64,000 nt of DNA. It comes from an uncultured Gemmatimonadales bacterium. GTDB taxonomy: Bacteria; Gemmatimonadota; Gemmatimonadetes; Gemmatimonadales; GWC2-71-9. Numbering within the stretch: the first letter of the stretch is position 1; every line of letters begins with the position of its first letter. Shown here piece after piece: positions 29,566 through 40,336 of this stretch. The stretch is taken from positions 11,709-75,708 of the forward strand of contig CAWCMH010000001.1 in the NCBI GenBank assembly GCA_963796635.1, in the 5' to 3' direction. Below the pieces are notes generated by a model. That model did no database searches, was not told the DNA's origin, and saw nothing but the letters and a program-made list of their open reading frames with translations. The position numbers and the translations under genes were made by a program.

Positions 29566-31721
29566 TTCGAGACTTGAATCGTGGGCCCGAAGGTGACCGC
29601 CGTGCTCCCGATGCTGACGGTTGATCCGTTGACGGTCACCGGCGGCGGTTGATCCGTCCCGACGATGATCACCTGCCGCAACACGATGCTGCCACCCGTG
29701 AATGCCGGGCGATCCGCAGCCTGGTAGCCGGTGAGTCTCGGACGGCGAGAAGGCGCTTGGGGTCAGCACACTCGACTCGGGGAGCGATGTGATGGTTACC
29801 GGTCGCGGTGACAACGTGTAGACGAACACCGCCTGTCCGTCCGCCGTGTGCCACGATGCGACGTTGCCGTTGACCGTCGGGTTGACCGGCGCGTGGAGTA
29901 CCCACTGCAGCAGCGCGCCGCGTTGGTGATCGTCGCTGATCGGCCGCGCAATACCGATTGAGAGCTCGGCAATGCTCGCGGATCGTCCATGTCGACGCTA
30001 TCCTGCACGACGATGATGTCTAAGCCCGTTGCGCTGCAGGTATACCACCGTGCTCTGCCAATGCCGCAGGAAAGGCGGCGGCGGATCCCAATAGGGTTCG
30101 GGCGATAGTAGACTCCCGCGGTAGACGCCACTGATGCTCCACCACCCATTGCCCGCTCTGCACCGCCGGTCTCACCGCGCTGATACATGGCGCTCAAGCC
30201 GGCCAGCAGCAGGCTGTTGTTTCCCTGGGCAAACTGGGCTCCTCCGCCATAGCCGATCGGGTGCGTCAGCACCCACTCGCCGTTACGGTATAGCTGAAAG
30301 TCGCGGAGGTAGCCCACATCGTGGTCCGCGAACGTGTGGTTCGACATGCGACCGTCGAACAACGCTTGCGGCGTGCGCACGATCAGGTGACCCGTGCCGG
30401 CGAAGTATCTGGCCATCGTGCTCGTCGGTACCGAATTCGCAGACGCATACGGGTTGTAGAACAGGAAGAACCGCGCCCATGGCTCCGCGCTGCCATAATC
30501 CGGACGTGGCCGTACTTGGCAAAGATCGCCTGCAGCACTCCTTGGGCATCGGTGGCGTGCGGCGCTCTCCACGCTTGTCCCAGCCCGGAGAGCACGCCCA
30601 ACAGCGGTACTGCAGCCGAAATCCCTGGCCGAGAAAATCGCGTGGATTCTGCACGTCGCCCCATTGCGGCGGCCTGACGAAGATCGGGCGTGGTGAAGTA
30701 GACCTGCGCCTGAGCGGCTTGGTCGAGATATGCCGTGACTTCGGGAAAATGATCGACGCCTGTCGCGGTACGGACGGCTGCCGCGCCCATGAGTAGCAGT
30801 ACCTGCGTGCCGAGGTTGTAGTCAGTGCTTTCGAACCATTCGCCGCCGGCGCCGTGGTCGGTGACGTATTCATCGATCGTGTTGCGCAGCGTGAGCCGAT
30901 TGACGCCGGTGGCATCGAGTCCACCCACCGCGACGGTCGGGAGACCGGCTGCCGTTTGAGTCGCGTTCAGCCAGTTGACGTGCGCCGGGCTGAGTCCCGC
31001 GGTCGCGAGATCGGTGGCCGCCAATCCGAAGTAGTAGCCGATGTTGGCGTCGCTGTCGCCGATGCGGACTCCGCCGACGTACTCGGGCGTGTTGATGCCA
31101 AGCGCGAAGTCCGCCCACCGATTCAAGTCCCGCGACCGCCTGCTCGCGTTCGGTCGGCGCTGAGTGCCGGATAGAGCCAGTCGAACAGGATCGCATTCTC
31201 CGTGAAGTACTCCCGCACGTCGTTTGCGTTGGCCGGCGGCCTCTTCGATGTTTGGCGCGGCTAAGCCTCCAGGCAGCGCGCGCGTAGGTGAGATTGCCGG
31301 TAATCTGGTACATGATGGCGCACCACAGCCCACGGTCGCCGTAGCGGGGAGTAGCCAGCGACGGCGTCGTTGCAATTCTGCACCAGGAGTTGGTAGAGCG
31401 GATCGTTTTCCTGTCGCATTCTCTCCCAGACAGCTTGCTGCGCCGGCGTCCAGACGAGTCGAGGGGCCCGCCCCGTTGGCGAAAGGCTGTCGAGCGAGCC
31501 GATTGGTGGCGACGCCGGTTTGACGCTGTCGGCGACGGGCAGGACGCTGTCGGCTGGCGTCGTTTCGCTGTATCGGGCTTCGAGCGGCCGGAGTCGCTCG
31601 ACGTGCTGTCGCCATGGGCGGTAGAGTCGGCCGGTGGCGACTGGGTGTGCGCCACCGGGCTGACGTCATTGCCGCACGACGCCACGGCGATCGCGCCGAT
31701 CAGCAACCAGCCGAGTTTCAC
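29562..31721 (-). pseudogene. lipoprotein, probable polysaccharide lyase (heparinase II/III- or alginate-lyase-like), at least 6 frame changes
   Basis: VKLGWLLIGAIAVASCGND lipobox. Colinear fragments in three frames: RLVWTPAQQAVWERMRQENDPLYQ, RYGDRGLWCAIMYQITGNLTYARAAW, NDVREYFTENAILFDWLYPALSA, NRWADFALGINTPEYVGG...EWFESTDYNLGTQVLLLMGAA, FFLFYNPYASANS...NHTFADHDVGYLRDFQLYRNGEWVLTHPIGYGG, tail IIVGTDQPPPVTVNGSTVSIGSTAVTFGPTIQVSN. Confidence 0.45.
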
Positions 31722-33161
31722 GCGAGCCGCCGTTTCCGCCGCATCGGCGTGATCGACGTCGGCGAGGTCGAGGCGCTGGACGCCTCGATGCGTCGGTCCC
31801 GGTAGGGATACCCGAGGAGAACGGCGCAGCCGAGTCCCTGCACGAAAAGGGTGACGGATGCGTACGCCTTGGCGAGGAAGAAGCCGGTCACGATTGTACC
31901 CGCGGCGGACGCGATCGTCATGGTCGCCAAAATCGCCTCCGATCGCGCTTCGGGCATGGTACGCGAATCAGCTCCGTGGCGTGCCTTCGTTGCCGGAGCA
32001 GTCCACGAATCACGAGATACCAGATCATGGTGAAGCGACACAAGCCCAGCACGCCGAGTTCCATGCCGATCTGGACGAACGAATTGTGCGCCGCGCGGTC
32101 CGTTGCCGTTCAGCCACCCGAAATAGGTCTCGAAGTTGTTGATGCCGTAGCCCCACGGGCCGGGTAATCATCCAGTAGATGCCGCGCTTCCAGATCGCCA
32201 TCCGTCCTTCGCCGCCCGAATAATCGCTGAAATCGCTCATCCGGTCGGCGCCGCTGCCGTGGGCGACCAGTACGAATCCGGCGATGCAGGCGAGCACGCC
32301 GACGATGTTGATCGCCCGGCGGAGTGGCGATGTCCCCGACGAGATCAGCACCAGCGCCACGACAGCCAGCCCGAGCTCGGCGCCACGCGATTGGGTCGGC
32401 ACCACGGCGATGACCAGCAGAATCGCCAGGCCGATCCATATGCGGTTCCAGGCCTTGCCCATCTGGCCGCGGTAGAGCGCGAGCGGAATGAGCGCCACGA
32501 AGATCTGGGCGAGGTCGTTCGGGTCGAGACTCACGCCGAGGTCGACTCTTCCGGATTGTCCCATCGTCTTGGCAGCCGCCGAGAGCGTGTATTGCACGAT
32601 GACGGCCGCGCTGAGCAGCAAGACCGTCAAGCGCCATCTTCAAGGAGCGACGATCGCGCAGTAGCACGACACTGCTGATGAACACGATGACCGATACCGA
32701 GTACTGCGTGGCCGCAAAATAGATCGAGCCTGACATCCAGATGCCGATGGGAGCCGTCAAGAAGGCGAGTGCGACAATCGCAGCCTGCCAGCGCACCGCA
32801 GGGACGATGTCCCAGATCATCCGCCACCCGAACACCGACATGCTTGCCAAGCACAACGACCATGATGCAGCCCGACATGATCATCGGCAGGTGGGGCACG
32901 GCAAGAACCGGATACAGCTCCTGCAGACGCAGCACCGCATAGGAGAGATACAGGCCGAACAGCGCGGCCGTCGCTCGTACGGCGGTCGACACTTCCGTGG
33001 CGGACCATGGCGCCTTTCCCCGGCTGGGTGGAGTCACGGACATGACCGGCAACGGTCAACCCGGCACGGTTGAGTTTCGCGATGATCTCATCGGCGGCGG
33101 CATCATTCTTCGATGTCGGCGCCTCGGGCAGCCTGCGGCGAGTCCGAACCGGGCCGGTCAT
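31718..33161 (-). pseudogene. O-antigen ligase/polymerase-like (Wzy_C type) multi-pass membrane protein, at least 4 frame changes
   Basis: Fragments from ORFs 32817..33161, 32627..33052, 32110..32856, 32025..32630 and 31718..32041. Diagnostic VPTQSRGAELGLAVVALVLI and GRMAIWKRGIYW. The ATG overlaps the upstream stop (ATGA). Confidence 0.65.
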
Positions 33162-34206
33162 GTGACCACCGCGGCCATCGGATCGCGGCCGTCGGCCAGT
33201 CGTTCGATGATGTTAGCTGCTTCCCACGCGGTCACATATCCGAGTCGTACTCCACGCCGCTGGCAGGCTGCCCGCAGGTTCGTGAACAACGCGTCGAGAT
33301 CGGTGCCGAGGAGCGCCGCCGAGTTGGCTTCCTGGGCGCCGTGGGTGTGCAACTTGATGAACTGGTGCGAGCCGACGCGGGGGGCCGCCGCGAGCCAACG
33401 ACTTACGCGGTGGGGCGACGGATGATCCACGCTGCTCAATTCGCCGGCCTCAACGGAAGGAAAGAACGGGCGACGGTTGTGGCGCCGTACGGTCAGACGG
33501 CCCCTGCACCATCAGGAGGCCCGGGCGGCGCACCGTCGCCGGGACGCACCTGCTGGCCGGTGTCGTGCGAACGTGGCTTCGCCGGATCGTCGACCGCTCG
33601 GTAGATCGAATTGACAATCCGCGTCTGGCACGGTGACGGTGCCGCCGGCATGGTGAAGTCGGCGTAGCAGCCGAGCTGCTGCAGGATGGTGATTTCGTTA
33701 TTCAAGCCGCAAAACTTGCCGGCGGGGTGCGAGTTGTCGAGTGCCCAGTTGCCATGGATGAAGCCGAAGACCGTGCGACCCTGATGCTGCCGCAATAGCC
33801 CGTGCTCCGACGCCAGTTGCGCGACGAAGCCCGACATCCGGTCGCGAAAGTTCGCTTCGCCTTCGCCGTCGTGATGCAGATGTACTTCGACATCGGCAAT
33901 GCCGGCGCGGGTCATTTCGGCGAGCGGTTCGAGCAGCTCAGGCCGATATTCCTCTTCGGGATAGAAGAACGTGTAGCGCGGCGCACGACCCCAGTCATCT
34001 CGATGCTTCGCGGCGATCGCCGGCCAGCGTTCGCGCCAGTTGGCTACCCGCTGCCGAGCCACGGCCAGTGATGGGTGCTTCCACTGCGGCTCGAAGTGAT
34101 CGGTGATCAGGAGCCAGACGTGCGTCACAGGCGGCTGGCGCACCGCCGCCAGGCGCGCCGACACGACACCCGGCATCCAGATTTGCGCGTTCCGCGGCAA
34201 CTTCAC
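33158..34206 (-). pseudogene. conserved hypothetical, possibly polysaccharide deacetylase / glycoside-hydrolase-deacetylase-fold protein; one or two frame changes near 33510
   Basis: VWLLITDHFEPQW...FFYPEEEY...VEVHLHHDGEG...FGFIHGNWALDN...CGLNNEITILQQLGCYADFTMP, then (other frame) HQFIKLHTHGAQE. The GTG start overlaps the GT4 stop (GTGA). Confidence 0.35.
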
Positions 34207-35328
34207 CGCGCGGCCCGCTGAAACACGTGAAGCTGGTTGCTGAACTCCTGTGCCACAGCGGACCAGGCACGCGGGGCAGACGGCGGCACTGCGGGCACGG
34301 TCCGGTATGATCGGGACAACGCCGCCGCGAGCGCGCCCGGGTCTTCGGGCGCCACCAGCCAGCTCGGCGTCGGGGGTGATTTCGGCGACGCCCCCAACTG
34401 CGGTCGCCACGTAAGGCGTACCGCAGGCGAGCGCCTCCAGCAGCACGTTCGGAACACCTTCGGAGCGCGATGGGAGGGCGAGCAGGTCCGCCGCTCGATA
34501 CCAGTCTCCCAGTTCGTCGTGCGCCACCCGTCCCACAAACGTGACGCGTTTGCCGATCCCCAGAGACGTGGCCCGACGCTCCAATGCTTGCCGATCAGGA
34601 CCATCGCCGATGACTGTGAGGTGCCAGGGTGCGTCGCTGGTCTGCGCCAAGGCGTCCAGCAGGATATCGATTCCCTTCACGGCCACGAGATTTCCCACAG
34701 CCAGCAACAGCCGGATGTCAGGCGCGACATCCAGGCGTTGGCGGGCCGCCAGCTTGTCGCCGGGTGCAAAAAGCCTTGCGTCGACCCCGCGGTAGAATGG
34801 GACGACACGGGCAGGGTCGGCGCCCAGTTCGATCGCTGCATTGGCAAGGTGCTGGCCGTCGGTGATCACGCCGTCGACGGTTTGCAAGACCCGTGCGACG
34901 GCCTGCCGGCGGCGCCGGTCGCGCGGGAGCACCAGCAGGTCCGACCCACCGGCCATGGCAACGACCGGGACCCCGATCGATCGGGCGAATTGCCGCGCCA
35001 CATCGGCGTCGGGATGGATCCAGAATGCGACGATGATGTCAGGATGCCATTGCCGCGTCATGCGGCGGAATGGCGCCCGCAACCGCCACGCCATGAACCG
35101 ATGATACTGTGATCGCAGGATGCGGGGCGGATAGTACCAGGTGCGGTATACGGCCGTCGCGTCCGGCGTCTTCGGTCGGTTCGCCCGCCGATTGGTCCAG
35201 CTGACCGGCACCAGGCAGCGCACGTCGTGCCCAATCTCCCGCAGCGCACGCACGAGGTCGGCGTTGAATGTGCCCCGGGTGGGTTCACCGGGAATCGGGT
35301 AGATGTTCGAGAAGAAGAGGATCCTCAT
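34203..35328 (-). pseudogene. GT4-family glycosyltransferase, one frame change (about 34372)
   Basis: MRILFFSNIYP...LLALPSRSEGVPNVLLEALACGTPYVATAVGGVAEI. The C-terminal LVAPEDPGALAAAL... is in the frame of ORF 34203..34604. ORF 33493..35328 artificially fuses it to the next gene. Confidence 0.8.
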
Positions 35329-36431
35329 CGGGACCCGTATGCCTGGTCATATGCCGCACCGGTTGCGGCGAGCGAAAAATCCGCCTCGATCCGGTTGCGA
35401 GCGTTGCGCCCCGATTGCGCTGCGCTCTCCGGGTTCGACAACAGCGTGACAATCGACTCTGCCAGCGCGCTCGGCGACTCCGGCGGGACAAGCACGCCCA
35501 TCGTGGTGTCGAGTACTTCGCTGTTGCCGCCGACGTCGGTCGCAACGACCGGAAGACCGCTGGCCATGGCCTCGAGCAGCGCAATCGATATCCCCTCGCT
35601 TCGCGACGGCAGGACGAACAGGCTGGCGGCGGCGAGAAACGGACGAACGTCGTCCTGCTTGCCCTCGAATCGGATCACCGCTTGCAAGCCCAGGCGATCG
35701 GACTGGGCTTCGAGGGCGCTGCGCGTCGGCCCGTCGCCGACAATGGTCAGCCTGGCCTCCGGCAAATCCCGATGGACCGTTGCCATCGCGTCAACCAGTG
35801 TGTCCTGTCCCTTCACGTGGTACAGGCGGCCAACGTGCACGATCCGTCCGGATCGTTGCGGGGTAGGTGCCGATATGGTGAAGCGGCTCACATCGACGCC
35901 GTTGTGGATCACCACCACGCCATTCGGCGCCGTGACTCCCGCGGCGAGCAGCTGTTGCTGCGCGTTGGCCGACACGGCGGCGACGACGTCGAACGCGGCG
36001 GCAGTCCATCGCCGCAGGCGCAGCAGAGATGGTCGAGTGTCACCGAGGCGGCCATGCTCGGTATGAACCAGGCGACGGATGGGCGCTCGCCAGAGGCGTT
36101 TCGCCAATCCGGCAGCGATCTGAGGCGCAGCGTTGTGGGTGTGTACCACGTCGGGCCGGACACGGCGGAGCCAGTGCGCCAAGCGGCGACTGGTTCGAAC
36201 CGCACCTGGTCGATCGGACCCGGCGAGCAGCTCGACCGCGACCCCGGCGTCGGCGAAATGTGTAGCCAAGTCGCCCAGCTGGTGCAGGCAGAGCACAACT
36301 GGTGTGGCACCCACGCCCCGCTGCTGCGCGGCGAGGTCGAGCACCACCCGTTCGGCGCCCCCGTGGCGAACCGATGTGAGCACGTGTACGATGCGCTGGC
36401 CACTCGGTCGTGGCATCAGAAGGGCACGCAC
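35325..36431 (-). CDS. GT4-family glycosyltransferase (intact)
   Basis: IVHVLTSVRHGGAERVV...LFVLPSRSEGISIALLEAMASGLPVVATDVGGNSEVL. The stop overlaps the next start (ATGA). Confidence 0.85.
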   Translation of the reverse strand: MRALLMPRPSGQRIVHVLTSVRHGGAERVVLDLAAQQRGVGATPVVLCLHQLGDLATHFADAGVAVELLAGSDRPGAVRTSRRLAHWLRRVRPDVVHTHNAAPQIAAGLAKRLWRAPIRRLVHTEHGRLGDTRPSLLRLRRWTAAAFDVVAAVSANAQQQLLAAGVTAPNGVVVIHNGVDVSRFTISAPTPQRSGRIVHVGRLYHVKGQDTLVDAMATVHRDLPEARLTIVGDGPTRSALEAQSDRLGLQAVIRFEGKQDDVRPFLAAASLFVLPSRSEGISIALLEAMASGLPVVATDVGGNSEVLDTTMGVLVPPESPSALAESIVTLLSNPESAAQSGRNARNRIEADFSLAATGAAYDQAYGSR

Positions 36432-36563
36432 CCGGCCGGGGGCTCCTGCACCTCAGCGACGCCAGTGATTGCGAGGGGCGGTGCCGAGCCGTACCATTGT
36501 GGCGGTACGTGACTTGCGGGTCCGTGCTGCCGCCTGACGCTTCCCGCCGCCGGCACGATCCGG

Positions 36564-37115
36564 TTGCCACGCCAACTTTGCACAGGGACACCCATGCCGG
36601 TCTCGACCACCCCGCTGTCCAGTCGTACGGACAAGCTCATTTCGATAGCGCTCGTCGTGCTCGTCGTCATGGGCGTGTCACCATTGTTCGATATGCTGGT
36701 ATTGCGTACCCCGCTGCGATTCGGCGAGGCGCCTTGGCGTTACCAGACGTTCCTGATGTTGTTGAGCAACGGGCCGCAATTGCTGATCCTGCTCGCGTTG
36801 CTGCTGGCGTTGGCGACCTTCGCCGGCAAGCGGTCCGTGATCCGGGCCCTGGCGATCGCCGCCTTCGTGATCGCCATCGTCTACCTGATCGCGCTGCCGC
36901 TGTTCGGGCTCGACTTCCTCACCATTCGCCGGCTGGTGGCGCAGGCCGCCAAGCGGTCGGTGGACCTGATGGCGCTCAAGACGATGGTATACGGCGGCGT
37001 CGAGGTGCTGGCGGCCGCGTGGATCGGCGCCCACGCGTGGGGCGCGAGCGCGCGGGTCGAAGACGCGGTACGGCGCGAGCAGGGGCATGGTCTGGTGGTG
37101 GGGCAGGCGGAATAG
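36564..37115 (+). CDS. hypothetical 4-TM membrane protein (start may be ATG 36594)
   Basis: Intact ORF with four hydrophobic segments. Only + strand gene between two minus-strand EPS operons. No recognisable family. Confidence 0.4.
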   Translation: MPRQLCTGTPMPVSTTPLSSRTDKLISIALVVLVVMGVSPLFDMLVLRTPLRFGEAPWRYQTFLMLLSNGPQLLILLALLLALATFAGKRSVIRALAIAAFVIAIVYLIALPLFGLDFLTIRRLVAQAAKRSVDLMALKTMVYGGVEVLAAAWIGAHAWGASARVEDAVRREQGHGLVVGQAE

Positions 37116-37116
37116 C

Positions 37117-37755
37117 TCACCAGGTCGGCAGCGCGGCGTACACATCGTGCACGAGTGTGGGCGCTACCGCCCGCGCAACGCTGTCGGCCGCGGCGCTGTC
37201 GTCGTTCTTGAGCACGGCAACGATCCGCACCAGCGCCTCTTCGGTGCGGCCGCGCACGATCGCATCACGCAACAACTCGAACTTGACGCGCAGCTCGTTG
37301 TGGGCCACTCGGCCGCGTCCCTGATACCAGTAGTACACCAGCGCCTGCGTCTTCCCGTTGGCAACGCGGTACCGGTTGACGGTGACGGGACCATTCGGTG
37401 TCGCGATGGTCATCGCACCGGCATCGACTTGCTCCCACCCGGCACCCGGCAGGCAGTTCCTGGGTGAGTGAATCGTCTTGCCCTGATGCTGCTCGTCGTA
37501 GTAGCCCACGTAGACGCTGAACGGCAGATATCCCGCCGGTGCGTACTCACGAAGCACATACGAGCTCATGCCGGCGACCTGCCGCTGCTCCGTGTCGACG
37601 GTGTCGTCGGTGCCACGCGCGCCGAGCAGTGAGGGCGCAACCAGGCTGACGGAATGGCGGAGCGGAGTCGACGTGGCGCGGCGCGCGACCATGGTACTGT
37701 TGACCACGCAACCGGCGGCGAGGATGCCGGCGGGAAACCAGCGCAGGCCGTTCAT
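37117..37755 (-). CDS. EpsI-family exosortase-associated protein
   Basis: GKTIHSPRNCLPGAGWE and ALVYYWYQ..GR are hallmark EpsI motifs. The ATG overlaps the exosortase stop (ATGA). Confidence 0.8.
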   Translation of the reverse strand: MNGLRWFPAGILAAGCVVNSTMVARRATSTPLRHSVSLVAPSLLGARGTDDTVDTEQRQVAGMSSYVLREYAPAGYLPFSVYVGYYDEQHQGKTIHSPRNCLPGAGWEQVDAGAMTIATPNGPVTVNRYRVANGKTQALVYYWYQGRGRVAHNELRVKFELLRDAIVRGRTEEALVRIVAVLKNDDSAAADSVARAVAPTLVHDVYAALPTW

Positions 37756-38639
37756 GCCGCCGCACTCCGCCGGGTGATCAGCTGTTCACCCACGCGCACC
37801 ACGCTGGCGATCGCGGCCAGCGCGCCGAGCGCAATCAGGAACATCGCCCAGCCTTCATTGCGGTGCAGATCGCCGGCGGCCCATTTGGGGTCGACGTAGT
37901 AGGCCAGGAATGCCGTGAAGAAGATCCGCACCGCGTTCACGAACACGGCGACCGGAATGGCCAGCAACACCAGCAGCAACCGCATCGGCGTGGTGCGCAA
38001 ATACATGCCGCCGATCAGCACGCCCAGCGACAGCAGGGCGGTCAGCGACCGCAGGCCGCTGCACGCTTCGGCCACGAAGAGCCGCTGTCCGGGAAGGTTG
38101 ATCACGTTGCCGGTGGTGACCACGGGAATGTGCCGCCAGCGGATCATCGAAGTGGCCATTGCCGAGGCGCGGAATTGCAGCGGTGTGGCCAGCATGTTGG
38201 TGAGAATCGCCGGCAACGGGATCGTCAGCACCAGCAGGGAGATCGGCAACCACCAGCGTCGCACCTGCGTCCATCCACACCAGAAGACAATCAGCCCGAC
38301 GGCCGCGAGCCAGATCGAGAAACGCTGCGTGAACAACTCGGCGGCGGCGGATCCCAGCGCGCGCAGGAACACCGCCGCGACCAGCAGGGTGATACCCCAA
38401 CGCGGATTGGTCCGGGCGTCGGCGGCAATACCCTCGCGCCACGCCAGCCAGAGAGCCACTGGAAAGAGCAGCAGTCCGTGGCCGGCGTCGGGGTCGGTCC
38501 ACCACTCGCGCACCAGGTTGAGGAACGGCGAGGTAAACAGGACCAGGAAGGCGGCGCCGGCGAGCAGGGTCGGCAGGCGCTCGGGAAGTGAAAGCGTACG
38601 CCAGCGAGCGGGCGCATGCTCGACCGAGGGTGCTACCAT
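37752..38639 (-). CDS. exosortase (EpsH/Xrt family transpeptidase)
   Basis: WWTDPDAGHGLLLFPVALWL, catalytic-type AEACSGLRSL, VFVNAVRIF, HRNEGW. 8 predicted TM segments. Start taken at MVAPSVEH (38639), a 7-nt overlap with the upstream gene. Confidence 0.85.
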   Translation of the reverse strand: MVAPSVEHAPARWRTLSLPERLPTLLAGAAFLVLFTSPFLNLVREWWTDPDAGHGLLLFPVALWLAWREGIAADARTNPRWGITLLVAAVFLRALGSAAAELFTQRFSIWLAAVGLIVFWCGWTQVRRWWLPISLLVLTIPLPAILTNMLATPLQFRASAMATSMIRWRHIPVVTTGNVINLPGQRLFVAEACSGLRSLTALLSLGVLIGGMYLRTTPMRLLLVLLAIPVAVFVNAVRIFFTAFLAYYVDPKWAAGDLHRNEGWAMFLIALGALAAIASVVRVGEQLITRRSAAA

Positions 38640-39367
38640 CCACCCTTCCGGAAGAGCATCACGGGGATGGTCTTGAGCATGATGCGGAGATCCTCCCACA
38701 CGGTACGGCGCCGGATGTACTCCAGGTCGTGCGCCACCTTTTTCCTGACGTCTTCCACCGATGCGTCGTACTGCAGGTTGACCTGCGCGTGTCCGGTGAT
38801 CCCGGGTGGCACGCGCTGCCGCTTCTGGTAATCGACTACCTGCTGGCGCAGCTCGGCAAAGAGCTGCGGACGTTCCGGGCGCGGACCGACGAGGTTCATG
38901 TCGCCCCGGAGCACGTTGAGCAACTGCGGCAGCTCGTCGAGGCGGCAGCTTCGCAGAAATCCGCCGACCGGCGTCAGCCGGTCATCGTCGCTGGCCGCCC
39001 ACACTGCGTTGCCGTGGGCTTCGGCGTCGACGCGCATGGTGCGGAACTTCACGATGGTGAACGGCCGGCCGCCAATGTCGCCCTGTCGGCGCGGGACCCC
39101 GCGGGTGCCGCCGCGGCGCTCACGCCCGCTCCGGCTGTCGAGTCCGACGCGGGTCTGAACATAGAACACCGGGCCGCGCGAAGTGAGCTTGATCGCGAGC
39201 GCGATCAGCAGCCAGACCGGCAGCGAAATGACGAACAGCAGAGCCGCGACGCCGATGTTGAGCGCGCGGATCGCCCGATCGCTGTGCCAGAACGCGATCG
39301 AGCTTCTCGATGACGCTCCAGAAGTGGTGACCGGCGTCTCCTCAGCCTCTGCCATGTGAGTCAGCAC
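38633..39367 (-). CDS. polyprenyl-phosphate sugar phosphotransferase (bacterial sugar transferase, priming enzyme)
   Basis: N-terminal TM. RGPVFYVQTRVG...GRPFTIVKFRTM...DELPQLLNVLRGDMNLVGPRPERP...PGITG. Contains a ~22-aa Arg/Gly-rich insert (DSRSGRERRGGTRGVPRRQGDIG) inside the RVG..G.PF motif. Confidence 0.85.
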   Translation of the reverse strand: MLTHMAEAEETPVTTSGASSRSSIAFWHSDRAIRALNIGVAALLFVISLPVWLLIALAIKLTSRGPVFYVQTRVGLDSRSGRERRGGTRGVPRRQGDIGGRPFTIVKFRTMRVDAEAHGNAVWAASDDDRLTPVGGFLRSCRLDELPQLLNVLRGDMNLVGPRPERPQLFAELRQQVVDYQKRQRVPPGITGHAQVNLQYDASVEDVRKKVAHDLEYIRRRTVWEDLRIMLKTIPVMLFRKGGW

Positions 39368-39379
39368 GATCCTTGACAG

Positions 39380-40171
39380 TCAGAAGATCCGGATGGCGAG
39401 GTAGACAAGACCCGCCAGTCCACTCGAAGCGCCCACGATGCGCCAGAACAGTGCCGATGCCGGCCGCACCGCGACGTTGATCTCGTCGCCCGCCTGCACA
39501 TTGAGCTGGTCGAGCGTGCGGCCGCGGTAGATCGCGTCACTGAACTCGGTCCCATCGACGATGACCTGGTCCTGCCGCCTGATCGTGGATTTCTTCCATC
39601 GCACGTTGTTCGCCGGGCCATTCGCGAAGCTATCCGACATGATCGCGTCGCTCAGCAGCGTGTTGGCCGGCACGTAGTAGAAGCCCGGTTTGTTGACCCC
39701 CCCGAACATGGAGACGCGGATGTACGGCGTCGCTGTCACGGTCGGCTGGTTCACGAATCGCTTGAACTGCGTGCTGAGGTACGCTTCAATCTCCGAGCGC
39801 AGCAACCCGGCGACACTGATCGTGGCGCCGCTTGGCAACGTGATCTCGCGCTGCGAGTTGACCGTGTAGGTGCCCGACAGGCCCGGTTCGGCCAGGATCG
39901 AGACGCGGATCTGGTCGCCGTTGTGGAAGTCGCCATCGCTCAGGCGCTGCTTGATGGCGGCGGCCTCGAGTTGCTTGCTGGCCTTGAGTGACGCGCTGTA
40001 CGCCGTTGATGCGAGCTCGGCGTTGATCTGATCGAGCGACGCCTGCAGTTCTACGCGGGTCACCATGACCCTGCTGGCGGACCCGCCGACCGTGTCGGGT
40101 TGCTGGGCGCGCAGTGGCAGGCCAAGCGCCGCCAGGCAGGTCAACGCCAATCCGAGTCGCAGCTTGATCAC
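39380..40171 (-). CDS. periplasmic/outer-membrane polysaccharide export protein (Wza-like, Poly_export + SLBB)
   Basis: Signal peptide MIKLRLGLALTCLAALGLPLRAQ. GDQIRVSILAEPGLSGTYTVNSQREITLP..G.ISVAGL. PGFYYVPANTLLSDAI. GDEINV. Confidence 0.8.
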   Translation of the reverse strand: MIKLRLGLALTCLAALGLPLRAQQPDTVGGSASRVMVTRVELQASLDQINAELASTAYSASLKASKQLEAAAIKQRLSDGDFHNGDQIRVSILAEPGLSGTYTVNSQREITLPSGATISVAGLLRSEIEAYLSTQFKRFVNQPTVTATPYIRVSMFGGVNKPGFYYVPANTLLSDAIMSDSFANGPANNVRWKKSTIRRQDQVIVDGTEFSDAIYRGRTLDQLNVQAGDEINVAVRPASALFWRIVGASSGLAGLVYLAIRIF

Positions 40172-40248
40172 CCAGTTCTCCCGCTGTGGTTCGAGTTGTC
40201 CTCAGTGCCGGCTCACTAACGGGTGCCGGCACGCTTCGACTACTTGGA

Positions 40249-40264
40249 AGCAAGATGCCAGCCA
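40249..40264 (-). promoter_or_regulatory. sigma-54 (-24/-12) promoter candidate TGGCTG-GCATC-TTGCT for the wza / sugar transferase / exosortase / epsI operon
   Basis: Reverse complement of AGCAAGATGCCAGCCA. Exact TGGC..N7..TTGC. About 80 nt upstream of GTG 40171, intergenic, correct strand. Confidence 0.55.
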
Positions 40265-40336
40265 CAATTCTTGGGGGTGGAAATGTAGCGCCACCGCTAT
40301 TCCGTGGATGCTTCGCGACAGAAGTGTTGCGCCAGA

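Noticed and set aside
33493-35328. Single 611-aa ORF that looks like a GT4-deacetylase fusion protein
   Set aside because: The GT4 C-terminus (LVAPEDPGALAAAL...) continues in another frame to a stop at 34203. The downstream gene has its own GTG overlapping that stop. The fusion is created by the frame change near 34372.
38633-39367. Arg/Gly-rich 22-aa insert in the sugar transferase as a compensating double frameshift or a novelty
   Set aside because: The insert is in frame and the alternative frames give nothing more family-like. I recall similar Arg-rich inserts at this position in other priming transferases. Noted in the feature but not promoted to a finding.
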